A stretch of 64,000 nucleotides of DNA from Candidatus Omnitrophota bacterium (GCA_963805065.1 CAWDSS010000010.1:664359-728358), one strand, 5' to 3'; numbered from the stretch's first letter, positions 49,871-59,079 are shown. Numbers and translations are program-made. The notes: generated by a model not told the origin, from the letters alone.

Positions 49871-50929
49871 ATGAATAAACCGATATTAATCACTGGTAAT
49901 GAGGCTATTGCAGAAGGCGCAATCCAGGCTGGCTGCAGGTTTTACGCAGGCTATCCGATTACTCCACAGAATGAAATTCCCGCGTATATGTCTTACAGGA
50001 TGCCTGAGGCAGGCGGAGTATTCATTCAGGCAGAATCAGAATTAGCTGCCATAAACATGGTGTTCGGAGCAGCAGCTACAGGCGCACGAGCCATGACTTC
50101 TTCTTCTAGTCCGGGTATCAGTCTTAAGCAGGAAGGCATTTCTTATATTGCAGGCGCAGAATTACCGGCAGTGATTGTAAACGTAATGCGCGGTGGCCCG
50201 GGTTTAGGCAATATCTCTCCTGCGCAATCAGATTATTTTCAGGCAACCCGCGGCGGCGGGCACGGAGATTACCATAATATAGTATTGGCTCCGGCTTCTG
50301 TCCAGGAAGCATATGAACTTATGTTTCCTGCATTTGATTTGGCGGATAAATACAGAAACCCTGTGCTTATTCTCACAGACGGGATGTTGGGACAAATGAT
50401 GGAGCCACTATTAGTCCGCAGCAAAAGCTCTAAAGCCCCAGCTAAACCTTGGGCATTGACCGGCTGCAAGAATAGGCAGCCCAACATTATCAAATCCTTT
50501 TACATGGCAGAGGGAGAATTAGAAAAAGCAAACTTAAGGCTGCAGAAAAAATATAAGGCAATAAAAGAAAAAGAACAGCGCTATGAGTCCCTGTATTTAG
50601 AAGACGCAAAAATTATTTTGGTAGCTTATGGCACAATGGCGCGTATTGCCAAAGGAGCTGTTAAAACACTAAGAGAAAATGGCAAAAAAATTGGCTTGAT
50701 ACGGCCTATAACGCTTTGGCCTTTTCCCCGGGAGGCTTTTAGTAAATTAGCTGCCAGAAAAAAGAACGCCAAGATTATAGTAGTAGAGATGTCTTACGGG
50801 CAATTGCTGGATGATTGTTTGCTCGCTGTTAATTGTAAATTTCCGGTGGATTTCTTAGGCAGGGCAGGCGGCGGAGTGCCCTCGGAAACAGAGATTATCA
50901 ATAAAATTAAACATGCAAAAAATATTTAG
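49871..50929 (+). CDS. 2-oxoacid:ferredoxin oxidoreductase alpha subunit
   Basis: 352 aa starting ITGNEAIAEGAIQAGCRFYAGYPITPQNEI..., typical of KorA/PorA/VorA. Confidence 0.88.
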   Translation: MNKPILITGNEAIAEGAIQAGCRFYAGYPITPQNEIPAYMSYRMPEAGGVFIQAESELAAINMVFGAAATGARAMTSSSSPGISLKQEGISYIAGAELPAVIVNVMRGGPGLGNISPAQSDYFQATRGGGHGDYHNIVLAPASVQEAYELMFPAFDLADKYRNPVLILTDGMLGQMMEPLLVRSKSSKAPAKPWALTGCKNRQPNIIKSFYMAEGELEKANLRLQKKYKAIKEKEQRYESLYLEDAKIILVAYGTMARIAKGAVKTLRENGKKIGLIRPITLWPFPREAFSKLAARKKNAKIIVVEMSYGQLLDDCLLAVNCKFPVDFLGRAGGGVPSETEIINKIKHAKNI

Positions 50930-51641
50930 CCACCCACAATCATTGCGCAACATAACGACGCATTATTGCCCGGGATGCGGGCATGGAATAGCCCACAGGC
51001 TTATTGCCGAAGTAGTGGATGAATTGGGCATAAGGGATAGAGTAATCGGAGTTGCTCCGGTAGGTTGCGCCGTGGTAGCCTATAATTATTGGGATTTTGA
51101 TTGTTCAGAGGCAGCACACGGAAGGGCATTGGCAGTAGCAACAGCCATTAAAAGGATGCGGCCGCAAAATATCGTATTTACTTATCAAGGCGACGGAGAC
51201 CTGGCAGCGATAGGTACGAATGAAACAATACATGCGGCAAACCGGGGGGAAAACCTTACGGTTGTTTTTATCAATAACGCAATCTACGGAATGACCGGAG
51301 GCCAGATGGCTCCCACAACACTTTTGGGCCAGAAGACCGCCACTACTCCTTTAGGCAGGAATTATAAATCAGAAGGCTATCCCTTAAAAATTTGCGAAAT
51401 GTTGGCGTTACTGGCAGGAGTAAAATATATCGAACGCACATCCATGCACTCTCCGCAGGAAATAATAAACACTAAAAGAGCGATAAAACAAGCATTCTTA
51501 AACCAGATGGAAAACTGCGGTTTCTCATTAGTGGAAATATTATCCCCTTGCCCCACTTATTTGGGTAAATCTCCAAAAGATTGTTTGGATTGGATAAAAG
51601 AGGTCATGGTAAAGGAATTCCCTCTGGGAAGATTGAAATGA
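50913..51641 (+). CDS. 2-oxoacid:ferredoxin oxidoreductase beta (TPP-binding) subunit
   Basis: 242 aa with YCPGCGHG and GDGDLAAIGTNE motifs. Confidence 0.88.
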   Translation: MQKIFSHPQSLRNITTHYCPGCGHGIAHRLIAEVVDELGIRDRVIGVAPVGCAVVAYNYWDFDCSEAAHGRALAVATAIKRMRPQNIVFTYQGDGDLAAIGTNETIHAANRGENLTVVFINNAIYGMTGGQMAPTTLLGQKTATTPLGRNYKSEGYPLKICEMLALLAGVKYIERTSMHSPQEIINTKRAIKQAFLNQMENCGFSLVEILSPCPTYLGKSPKDCLDWIKEVMVKEFPLGRLK

Positions 51642-52168
51642 CAGAGCGTATTATAATAGCCGGTAGCGGCGGCCAGGGAATTATGCTTCTGGGAAAAATT
51701 ATGGCAATGGCTGCTATGCAAGAAAATAAATTTGTAACGTGGCTGCCTTCCTATGGCGCAGAGGTGCGCGGAGGCACAGCCCATTGCATGGTGACTATTT
51801 CCGACGCTGAAATAGGCTCTCCTTATATAGACAAAGCAGATAGTTTGATTATAATGAATAAGCCGTCTTTGGATAAATTCAGATGCAGGCTTAAAAATAA
51901 GGGATTGCTGATAGTTAATAATTCTCTTTGCCAGGTAGCTAAGAATGGAAATGCCCGAATTAAGAGCCACCAGTTTAGCGCGATAGCCATGAACCTGGGT
52001 AATATCAGGGTAGCAAACATGGTGGCTTTAGGTTATTTTGTCTCCCAGAAAAAAACAATAGCTTTAAAATCGGTTTTACAGGCTATGGCAGATTTTGCAC
52101 CGCCAGATAAAAAAGACCTTATTGAGATTAATAAGAAGGCATTAGAAAAAGGAGCAGGATTAAAATGA
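51638..52168 (+). CDS. 2-oxoacid:ferredoxin oxidoreductase gamma subunit
   Basis: MTERIIIAGSGGQGIMLLGKIMA.... The ATG at 51638 overlaps the beta-subunit stop (ATGA). The track start at 51581 is an upstream extension. Confidence 0.85.
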   Translation: MTERIIIAGSGGQGIMLLGKIMAMAAMQENKFVTWLPSYGAEVRGGTAHCMVTISDAEIGSPYIDKADSLIIMNKPSLDKFRCRLKNKGLLIVNNSLCQVAKNGNARIKSHQFSAIAMNLGNIRVANMVALGYFVSQKKTIALKSVLQAMADFAPPDKKDLIEINKKALEKGAGLK

Positions 52169-53460
52169 TCAGGGTTCGTTTTGCGCCGTCGCCTACGGGC
52201 AATTTGCACATAGGAGGTGCGCGCACCGCTTTATTTAACTGGCTGTACGCCCGGGCGAAAAATGGAAAGTTTATTTTAAGGATAGAAGATACTGATAAAG
52301 AAAGGTCTAAAAAAGAATTTTTGGATGAGATCCTCTATAGCCTGGTGTGGCTCGGTTTTAAGTGGGATGAAATTTATCATCAAAGCCAGAGATTCGGTAT
52401 CTACAGGGAATACGCGCAAAAACTGTTAAAAAACAATGAAGCCTACATAGAGAAATCCGAAAACGGAGAAGCCATTATTTATAAAGTAATGCCTCAGAAA
52501 ATAAAGATGAACGATTTGATACGCGGCCAGATAGAGTTTGATACTGAGGTTATTAAAGACCAGGTGTTGATAAAGTCCGACGGTACTCCCACCTATAACT
52601 TTGCTTGCGTAGTCGATGATGCTACCATGGACATTACTCATGTCATAAGAGGGGATGATCATATCTCCAACACTCCCAAGCAGGTGTTATTATACAAGGC
52701 GCTGGGATTTAAAATCCCTGAATTTGCGCATTTACCTTTAATCATGGGCAAGGAAGGCGGGAGGCTTTCTAAAAGAACCGGGGCCACCGCGATTTACGAA
52801 TATCGAAACATGGGTTATATGCCCGAGGCGCTGGTAAATTACCTTTTACTCTTAAGCTGGTCTCCGGGAGAAAACAGAGAAATCATTGGTATATCTGAAG
52901 CGATAAAGTTATTTGAAATAATCAATGTTAATAAGACTGCAGCCGCCTTTGATATGGATAAACTTAACTGGATTAACAATCAATATTTAAAGAAGGTCGA
53001 TCCAGAGAAGCTCGCAGATTTAATCATCCCGTTATTGATAGAAAAGAAATATATCCCCGAAAAAGATTTTGATAGAAACTACGTAGTTTTTCTAGTAAAA
53101 TTGTTTCAAGGCAGGCTATCAACTTTGAACGATTTTGTTGATTGGGCAGACTTCTTCTTTGCAAAAGATATTGCAATAAGCGAAGAGCTTCAAAAAAAAT
53201 TCTTCAGCAGTGATTTATCCCGTGAATTCGGGCTGTTCATAGAAAGGCTGGAGGCACTGGATAAATTCGATGTCGCAGGGATTGAAGCAACTTTTCGGGA
53301 TTTGGTAAAAGAGCTAAACATAGAATCAAAGGCGCTTATTCATCCCATAAGAGTTGCGCTTACCGGAAAGACCATAGGCCCGGGATTGTTCGAGGTCATA
53401 TATTATTTAGGAAAAGAACGCACAAAAACGAGGCTTAAAGCAGCACTTACCCGGAGGTGA
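52165..53460 (+). CDS. gltX: glutamate--tRNA ligase
   Basis: 431 aa with class I signatures HIGGARTALFNW (HIGH) and RLSKR (KMSKS). Confidence 0.93.
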   Translation: MIRVRFAPSPTGNLHIGGARTALFNWLYARAKNGKFILRIEDTDKERSKKEFLDEILYSLVWLGFKWDEIYHQSQRFGIYREYAQKLLKNNEAYIEKSENGEAIIYKVMPQKIKMNDLIRGQIEFDTEVIKDQVLIKSDGTPTYNFACVVDDATMDITHVIRGDDHISNTPKQVLLYKALGFKIPEFAHLPLIMGKEGGRLSKRTGATAIYEYRNMGYMPEALVNYLLLLSWSPGENREIIGISEAIKLFEIINVNKTAAAFDMDKLNWINNQYLKKVDPEKLADLIIPLLIEKKYIPEKDFDRNYVVFLVKLFQGRLSTLNDFVDWADFFFAKDIAISEELQKKFFSSDLSREFGLFIERLEALDKFDVAGIEATFRDLVKELNIESKALIHPIRVALTGKTIGPGLFEVIYYLGKERTKTRLKAALTRR

Positions 53461-53699
53461 AAATGTCAGAGGAGCTTATCAGAGTTTTTATTCCGGCGAT
53501 TATCGCCCTGCTGATTATATGGTTAATCTACCGCATAAAGGCGAGGATCCAGCTTACCATCAAGAATGAAATTTACGCCAATTTTCCCGCTATAAAAGAC
53601 ACAATCGATAACTTTGAGCGCAGGATAATATATTTACAGTCCCAAGTAGAAATGCTCGAGAACAAGGTTAAAGAAATGGATAGTAAAACGAAGAAATAG
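53457..53699 (+). CDS. small membrane protein with coiled-coil tail (unknown function)
   Basis: 80 aa with the TM helix VFIPAIIALLIIWLIY, then ...IIYLQSQVEMLENKVKEM. Overlaps the gltX stop. Confidence 0.5.
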   Translation: MKMSEELIRVFIPAIIALLIIWLIYRIKARIQLTIKNEIYANFPAIKDTIDNFERRIIYLQSQVEMLENKVKEMDSKTKK

Positions 53700-53705
53700 G
53701 CCGGC

Positions 53706-53894
53706 ATGAATAGCAAAAACTATAAATACATGGAACATTACAGGGGTAATAAAATTCTTATCTATGGCCTGGGCAGGGAATGGTGGTGGGAAGTAGTAAT
53801 ACAGGATAAGCCAAAAACCTCTCCCGCAAGCTTCTTTAGCGTGCAGACCACATTGAAGGATGCCAGAAAATACATCGACAAGAAAGTCATTTAG
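53706..53894 (+). CDS. hypothetical protein
   Basis: 62-aa ORF between co-directional genes with no recognisable motif. Confidence 0.35.
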   Translation: MNSKNYKYMEHYRGNKILIYGLGREWWWEVVIQDKPKTSPASFFSVQTTLKDARKYIDKKVI

Positions 53895-53902
53895 GTAATA
53901 AT

Positions 53903-54964
53903 ATGAAATTTTTTAAATTCTGGAAGCCGCGTAAACGCGAAGTAATCAGCCATGAGGAGCTTGAAAGATTAAGGCAGGCGAATCTGGAGCTCAACGAGCG
54001 GTTAAAGAACAGGGAAAAGGAAATAGAGGAAAAGCTCGGTATTATAGCCAGGTACGAAAAGATAAAAGAAAGCATCCGCTCGGTGCGTCCTGAGCCCGAA
54101 AAACCACAGAAGCAGCCGGAAGTAACTACTACGCAAAAAAAGAAAAAAATCGGGGAAATTCTATTATCGCATAACCTGATTACAAAAGAGATGCTGGATA
54201 GGGCCTTGGCCTATAATGAACAAAGCGGCGGAAGCATAACTCAATACCTGCTTGCCTACGGTTATATAGACGAACGTCAATTAGCCCAATGCCTATGCAC
54301 ACAGTTCGGTATTCCGTATCTGCCTCTTACCTCTTACGACATATCCGAAGAAATAATAAAATTGGTGCCGGTAGATATTGCCCAGAAATACTGGCTAATA
54401 CCGGTAGATAAGCGCGGTGATTCTCTTATGGTGGTTATGATTGATCCCCTGGATACCAGGGCAATAAAAGAGATAGAAGATGTCACCGGGTATAAAGTAA
54501 TGCCGTTTGTAGGAATTATCTCTGAGATAGTTGAGGCGTTGGAAATTTACTACAAAATTTTTGTCCGAAGCAAAGAAGCCAAGGGCAGTGAGAAACAGGC
54601 TCCGTTTTTTATAGACTCTAAAACTTACAGGGGCCTTGAACGCAGGCGTTCGATAAGATTCAAAGTTAAAATTGATCTTCAATTCGCAGTGGGCGGCTCG
54701 TTTAAGAAAACCCAGACAAAAAACATAAGCAGGGGAGGCCTATCTTTTGATTCCGACATTGCCCTGCAGGTAGGTTCTCTTATTACGCTTCAATTTGACC
54801 TTCCTAAGACCTTTAGCCCTTTACCGATATTAGCAATAGTGCAGGTAGCAAGAATCATTTCCTTAGGGCCCAATAGATTTGAAATCTCCTCTAAAATGAT
54901 TAAGATATCAAAACAGGAACTCACCACCCTTATCGAATACGCCTCTATTTACGAGGAGAAATAA
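53903..54964 (+). CDS. coiled-coil / T2SS-E N-terminal (MshEN-like) / PilZ three-part protein
   Basis: 353 aa. IGEILLSHNLITKEMLDRALAYNEQSGGSITQYLL...AQKYWLIPV...LMVVMIDPLD matches the GspE/MshE N-terminal domain. The C-terminus RRRSIRF...ISRGGLSF matches PilZ RxxxR and D/NxSxxG. Confidence 0.7.
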   Translation: MKFFKFWKPRKREVISHEELERLRQANLELNERLKNREKEIEEKLGIIARYEKIKESIRSVRPEPEKPQKQPEVTTTQKKKKIGEILLSHNLITKEMLDRALAYNEQSGGSITQYLLAYGYIDERQLAQCLCTQFGIPYLPLTSYDISEEIIKLVPVDIAQKYWLIPVDKRGDSLMVVMIDPLDTRAIKEIEDVTGYKVMPFVGIISEIVEALEIYYKIFVRSKEAKGSEKQAPFFIDSKTYRGLERRRSIRFKVKIDLQFAVGGSFKKTQTKNISRGGLSFDSDIALQVGSLITLQFDLPKTFSPLPILAIVQVARIISLGPNRFEISSKMIKISKQELTTLIEYASIYEEK

Positions 54965-55075
54965 TGTAGCCCCCAAGGTTTTAACCTGATTATTTCTATT
55001 GAAAGGAACTTATCGAAACGCTATAATTTAATCACAATTTGGCAAATCGCGCGGGATTATTACAAAGGAGAAGCG

Positions 55076-55261
55076 ATGCCTGCAAAAAGTATGTTAGCGG
55101 CAGTTGTGTTTTTTAGCTTTATGTTTGTAAGCGGCTGCTCAACCGCTAAAGGCATTTCCAGCGGTATCGATAGCACGGCTAAGGGGATCTGCCAGGATTC
55201 CAAGGCCCTTTGGGAGAAGGCGTTAAAGGCAGACGACTGGATGAAAGAAAACCTCTGGTAA
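55076..55261 (+). CDS. small lipoprotein
   Basis: 61 aa with lipobox FVSGC and an RBS AAAGGAG upstream. Confidence 0.55.
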   Translation: MPAKSMLAAVVFFSFMFVSGCSTAKGISSGIDSTAKGICQDSKALWEKALKADDWMKENLW

Positions 55262-55262
55262 T

Positions 55263-55344
55263 TTTTGCCCTGTCGTCTAATCAAGCGAGCTTGTTTTCTT
55301 TTATCTTGAGGCGAGCGCAGTCCCCCGAAGGGGGATGGTAGGAC
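55263..55344 (+). repeat. partial, interrupted copy of the tRNA-Gln 5' end (att-like remnant)
   Basis: TTTTGCCCTGTCGTCTAAT (55263-55281) is identical to 55358-55376. After a 54-nt unrelated insert, TGGTAGGAC (55336-55344) matches 55377-55385. Confidence 0.8.
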
Positions 55345-57088
55345 GTTTGAAAAATGATTTTGCCCTGTCGTCTAATTGGTAGGACTTCAGATTCTGGATC
55401 TGACTATCATGGTTCGATTCCATGCGGGGCAGCCATTGTTGACAACTGTCCGAAACACCGCCTAGCGGTGCAGTAGGCACAAGCGCCTTACAGGCTTCTG
55501 TAGGGCGTTTTTCTTTTATAGAGGTTATTTCGCTGGGGAGGATGTCCTCAAGCGGCTCTTCAATATACATATTGATTACCAGCCTGTCGCTATATACGTA
55601 AATGTCTTTGATCAGGGCCTGTATAATGCTTTTCTGGGCTTCCGGAGGGGCGTCTTCGAGGTGCTGTATGGCAAAGTTCATGCTGCGGTATACGAGCTCT
55701 CCGGAACAGGCATTGATGCTGGCGACTCTCTTTTGCGCCTGCAGTTTGTCTATCTCATCTTCCAGTTGTGCGATCTCGGTTTCTAATTCGGTCATTTTGT
55801 CTTTATAGGTGGAGCCTTTGGTGACTGTGTTACCCATTGCCAATTCCAGCAGCTTATTGGCCTGGTGCCGGAAGCCGTTTAGCTTCAATTCTTTTTCTTT
55901 GAGATCCGCGTCTATCTTTTCAAGCTTTGCCTGCGACTCAAGCATGGCGTCTCCCAGAGCCTTTGTGATAATGCTTCGGTCCTTGGCTGCCCGCTTAAAA
56001 TAATCAGTTATGGCTTTGTCAAAAGTGGTTGCGGAGATGCGTGCGGCTTTGCATCCTAATGACTGTTTGGAGCGGCTGCATTCATAATAAAAGAATTTTC
56101 TTCGGTCACGGCCCCCTGAGAAATTACAGACCATATGGCTTCCGCAATCGCCGCACCGCAGAATTCCGGCAAGCAGGTATTCGTAAAACCTCGCTTTCTG
56201 CACAAAGTTGTGGCCGGGGAGCCTAGCGCTCAGTATCTTATTGGCCCGCTCCCATAGTTTTTCATCGACAATTGCGGGGTGATTGCCTTTGTGGTATTCG
56301 CCGCTGTACCGGATGTAGCCTTTGTAGAAAGGATTTTTTACGATTCTTGAGATAACCTGCCTGCGCCATTCCTTGCCGTTCAGAGTTTTTAGCCCGCGTC
56401 TGTGAAGCTCAAGGCCTACCTGCGTAAGCGATCGGTTATCCGCGGCCATCTCCCAGATAACTTTAAGATGGGGAACTATCGTCTCATTAAGCACAATTTT
56501 ATGTGGCTGACGGCCGTTAGGAAGCGGCTCTCCATCTGGTATAAGTTTATATCCATAAGGCAGCATCCCGCCTACCCATTTGCCCTGGCGTACCCGCGCG
56601 ATAGCGGAGGCTTTCACGCGCTCGCCGGTAAGCTCTCGTTCAAAGGCTGACAAAATCCCGAGTATACCAATTACTACCCTGCCTATAGCAGTTGAGCTGT
56701 CCAAGTTTTCTCTTACCGATACAAAATCAATTTCCTTTTCTCTGAATAGATCAATAAGCCAGTAAAGGTCCCGGGTATTGCGGGTTAAGCGGTCAAGCCG
56801 GAAAAATATGATTCCGTCAAACGGGGCTTTTTTGCGTACGTGGTCGATAATCATTTGAATGCCGGGCCGGTTGAGATCCTTGCCGGAATAGCCGTCATCA
56901 TTTATTCTGCCTTTGTCGCCTATCTTGGCAAGGTCATATCCGAAGGCATCCAGCATGTTCTTGCAGTGGTGGGCCTGCGCATCAAGGGTTGTAAAATCTC
57001 CCTGGGCCTGGTCATCAGTAGAGCAGCGGGTATAGATGACATAGTGTTTTTTCTTATTTGTATTATCTGTTTTGGCGTTCATAATCAT
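55301..57088 (-). CDS. large serine recombinase (phage integrase type)
   Basis: 595 aa with catalytic motif YTRCSTDDQ, plus DRLTRN and ERELTGERVK. It has a recombinase domain, a zinc ribbon (CGDCGSHMVC...YYECSRS) and a coiled coil. The last ~45 codons are antisense to tRNA-Gln (…WLPRMESNHDSQIQNLKSYQLDDRAK…). Confidence 0.9.
   Translation of the reverse strand: MIMNAKTDNTNKKKHYVIYTRCSTDDQAQGDFTTLDAQAHHCKNMLDAFGYDLAKIGDKGRINDDGYSGKDLNRPGIQMIIDHVRKKAPFDGIIFFRLDRLTRNTRDLYWLIDLFREKEIDFVSVRENLDSSTAIGRVVIGILGILSAFERELTGERVKASAIARVRQGKWVGGMLPYGYKLIPDGEPLPNGRQPHKIVLNETIVPHLKVIWEMAADNRSLTQVGLELHRRGLKTLNGKEWRRQVISRIVKNPFYKGYIRYSGEYHKGNHPAIVDEKLWERANKILSARLPGHNFVQKARFYEYLLAGILRCGDCGSHMVCNFSGGRDRRKFFYYECSRSKQSLGCKAARISATTFDKAITDYFKRAAKDRSIITKALGDAMLESQAKLEKIDADLKEKELKLNGFRHQANKLLELAMGNTVTKGSTYKDKMTELETEIAQLEDEIDKLQAQKRVASINACSGELVYRSMNFAIQHLEDAPPEAQKSIIQALIKDIYVYSDRLVINMYIEEPLEDILPSEITSIKEKRPTEACKALVPTAPLGGVSDSCQQWLPRMESNHDSQIQNLKSYQLDDRAKSFFKRPTIPLRGTALASR
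55361..55435 (+). tRNA. tRNA-Gln (anticodon CUG), CCA encoded
   Basis: TGCCCTGTCGTCTAATTGGTAGGACTTCAGATTCTGGATCTGACTATCATGGTTCGATTCCATGCGGGGCAGCCA. It has a U1-A72 pair and anticodon loop TTCTGGA. Confidence 0.88.
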
Positions 57089-57122
57089 AGAATTCTTACC
57101 ATATTTTAGGTGCAGGCATCCG

Positions 57123-57149
57123 CCAGGCAGAAGATCGTCTTCTGCCTGG
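57123..57149 (-). terminator. perfect 12-bp hairpin downstream of the 57164-57508 gene
   Basis: CCAGGCAGAAGA-TCG-TCTTCTGCCTGG. No clear U tract. Confidence 0.4.
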
Positions 57150-57163
57150 CAGCGCTAAAGCAA

Positions 57164-57508
57164 TTATGCCTGGGTTTTCTGCTTTTTGCCTTTGCCCCAG
57201 CCGGTCTTCCATCTGGCCACGGCCCCGGCCACAATAGCATCAACAGCCTTTTGATCGCCGATGTTCTTGAGCACGTCAGCGAGCTCCTGCTTGTTGAGCA
57301 CCCGGAAATTCTTAACTCCGCGCTGCTTAGCCGTCAGCATTAGTTCGTTGCGCGTACTGCCAGCCGTCAAGACAATGCCTTCTTTAGGCGACGGAGAATT
57401 ATCAGTCGGCGCTTTCGGCTTTTGAGTTTTTGATTTCTTTTTGCCGTAATGCTTGGCATGAAGTTTATTCAAAAACTCTTTGTTTTTCTTTTTCTGCTCT
57501 GCGGTCAT
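57164..57508 (-). CDS. lysine-rich hypothetical protein
   Basis: 114 aa with basic N- and C-termini (KKKNKE..., GKGKKQKTQA). The central segment ...FRVLNKQELADVLKNIG... is loosely Rho-N/SAP-like. It is divergent from the + strand phage genes. Confidence 0.5.
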   Translation of the reverse strand: MTAEQKKKNKEFLNKLHAKHYGKKKSKTQKPKAPTDNSPSPKEGIVLTAGSTRNELMLTAKQRGVKNFRVLNKQELADVLKNIGDQKAVDAIVAGAVARWKTGWGKGKKQKTQA

Positions 57509-57717
57509 GTGGTTTCACCCCCTTTCAGGTTATTTGGACACCCCAACCCTATAACAAAACCCCTACAAGTCAAGAGGAAAGAACCGGATTTAACGGTCTT
57601 TGATGCAGTCCGGAATACGGGCCTCTATGCGTGTATATCTGATTTTTCTGCTTTTTGTCGCAAGCCGAATGCGACATTTTGAGAAAAAAAGCAATATACA
57701 CGCTGTAGAGGTGAAGC

Positions 57718-57933
57718 ATGGGACAGCGGGTAAGAAATAATTTCGATAAGCGGTTCGGAGACCGAATTCAGGTAGTTTATGCGCAGAGCCTTTCGCCTTC
57801 AGAAAGAGAACTCCGAAACAAAAAACTTTGCGAGGCAGTTATAAAAGTTTTGACTGGCATTCTGGGCAGAGAACCCACGCAGAGGGAATTATTCGGCATT
57901 GATGATCTATCGAAGGTAAAGAGACACAAATAG
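57718..57933 (+). CDS. hypothetical protein (phage early region)
   Basis: 71-aa ORF following GAGGTGAAGC-ATG, with no recognisable motif. Confidence 0.4.
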   Translation: MGQRVRNNFDKRFGDRIQVVYAQSLSPSERELRNKKLCEAVIKVLTGILGREPTQRELFGIDDLSKVKRHK

Positions 57934-58014
57934 CGATATCTCCGCATATATTTATGAGCCCTCCGTGATTTACTCCGCATCTTTGGAAGTATATCTTTAG
58001 TTAGAGCTCATTTT

Positions 58015-58049
58015 GAGACACCTCAGAAAACAAAAAAAGGAGGTGTCTC
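58015..58049 (+). promoter_or_regulatory. RBS-sequestering hairpin in front of the sigma-factor gene
   Basis: GAGACACCTC (58015-58024) pairs perfectly with GAGGTGTCTC (58040-58049). The 3' arm contains the GGAGG Shine-Dalgarno and ends at the ATG (58050). Confidence 0.55.
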
Positions 58050-58622
58050 ATGAGTCTCAATTACGGAGGTTTATTTGAGAGTTGGGAGATTGCGGTTGCA
58101 AAGAAGGTAATCAATGATTACAGGAAAAAATATAAGTTGCTTGAGCGCGATGGATTCGATGACCTATTGCAGGAATGTCTTATGCACTGGCTGGATGTTC
58201 GCGGTCAATATGATCCAAAGCGCGGCGCCTCGAGAAAGACTTATATGGCCGAAGTCATTGGGAATGTGCTCGGCCAGCTTGCCGCAAAAGCAAGGACAGC
58301 CAAGCGAAGGACGATTTATGAAAGCGTATCGTTGGATGAGCCTCTTAACGATGAGGAAGACTCGCCTGCCTTAAAAGACAAAATCGCAGAAAGCGATGAA
58401 GCCCCGCCGCAGACTAAAACAGAACTTAAGATAGACCTCTCCAAGGTATACCGGAAACTTACGCCCCAGCAGCAAAAACTATGCAGGCTTTTAGGCGAAG
58501 AGGGATTAAGCATAAATGAGGCTTGCAAGTATTTCAGCAAACATAGAAGCAATATTTACCGGGATGTGCTTCGCATCAGGAAGCTTTTCGAGGAAGAAGG
58601 GCTTAAGGATTATTTGAAATAA
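58050..58622 (+). CDS. sigma-70-family (ECF-like) RNA polymerase sigma factor, phage-encoded
   Basis: 190 aa with a region-2-like DDLLQECLMHWLDVRGQYDP...TYMAEVIGN and a region-4 HTH LTPQQQKLCRLLGEEGLSINEACKYFSKHRSNIYR. Confidence 0.75.
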   Translation: MSLNYGGLFESWEIAVAKKVINDYRKKYKLLERDGFDDLLQECLMHWLDVRGQYDPKRGASRKTYMAEVIGNVLGQLAAKARTAKRRTIYESVSLDEPLNDEEDSPALKDKIAESDEAPPQTKTELKIDLSKVYRKLTPQQQKLCRLLGEEGLSINEACKYFSKHRSNIYRDVLRIRKLFEEEGLKDYLK

Positions 58623-58661
58623 AGGGCGCGACATTTTAAAGGGAAACCCGATATACACATA

Positions 58662-58952
58662 TTGGAGGCAAGCGAAATGACCGATGTATGCAAGTTTAAA
58701 TTTCAGGAAAAGGTAGGCAAAAGAACCATTGAAAAAGAGATTGCCCGCGCCATTGAGACTGCCGAATACGCCTTTGGCCAGGCCAGGGTAAGGCTGCACG
58801 CGGCATACCTGGCTACTAATGACAAAGCGGTTATCGATGCCTCAAGCGAAGTAGGCGAATACATCGCCCAGATATTTATCGGGTTAATGACCCGCAAACT
58901 CGGTGAGGACAAATTCACCGTAGAAAGAATAAGGAGGAGCGACGAATTATGA
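58662..58952 (+). CDS. hypothetical protein
   Basis: 96-aa ORF in the phage plus-strand gene block. Confidence 0.45.
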   Translation: MEASEMTDVCKFKFQEKVGKRTIEKEIARAIETAEYAFGQARVRLHAAYLATNDKAVIDASSEVGEYIAQIFIGLMTRKLGEDKFTVERIRRSDEL

Positions 58953-59068
58953 AAGTCACCAAAGGCTTAAAAAAGGTTTACAAGGGGCTTAGCTGGTATA
59001 ACCGACAGAAACTTATTGAAGCTAACCGTCCTTGCGGAAAAGAGAAAAGAAAACCCAAAAAGAAATAA
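58949..59068 (+). CDS. small basic hypothetical protein (39 aa)
   Basis: Not in the track. It shows an ATGA overlap with the preceding ORF and is preceded by AGGAGGAG. Translation: MKVTKGLKKVYKGLSWYNRQKLIEANRPCGKEKRKPKKK. Confidence 0.35.
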   Translation: MKVTKGLKKVYKGLSWYNRQKLIEANRPCGKEKRKPKKK

Positions 59069-59079
59069 GACAGATTTTT

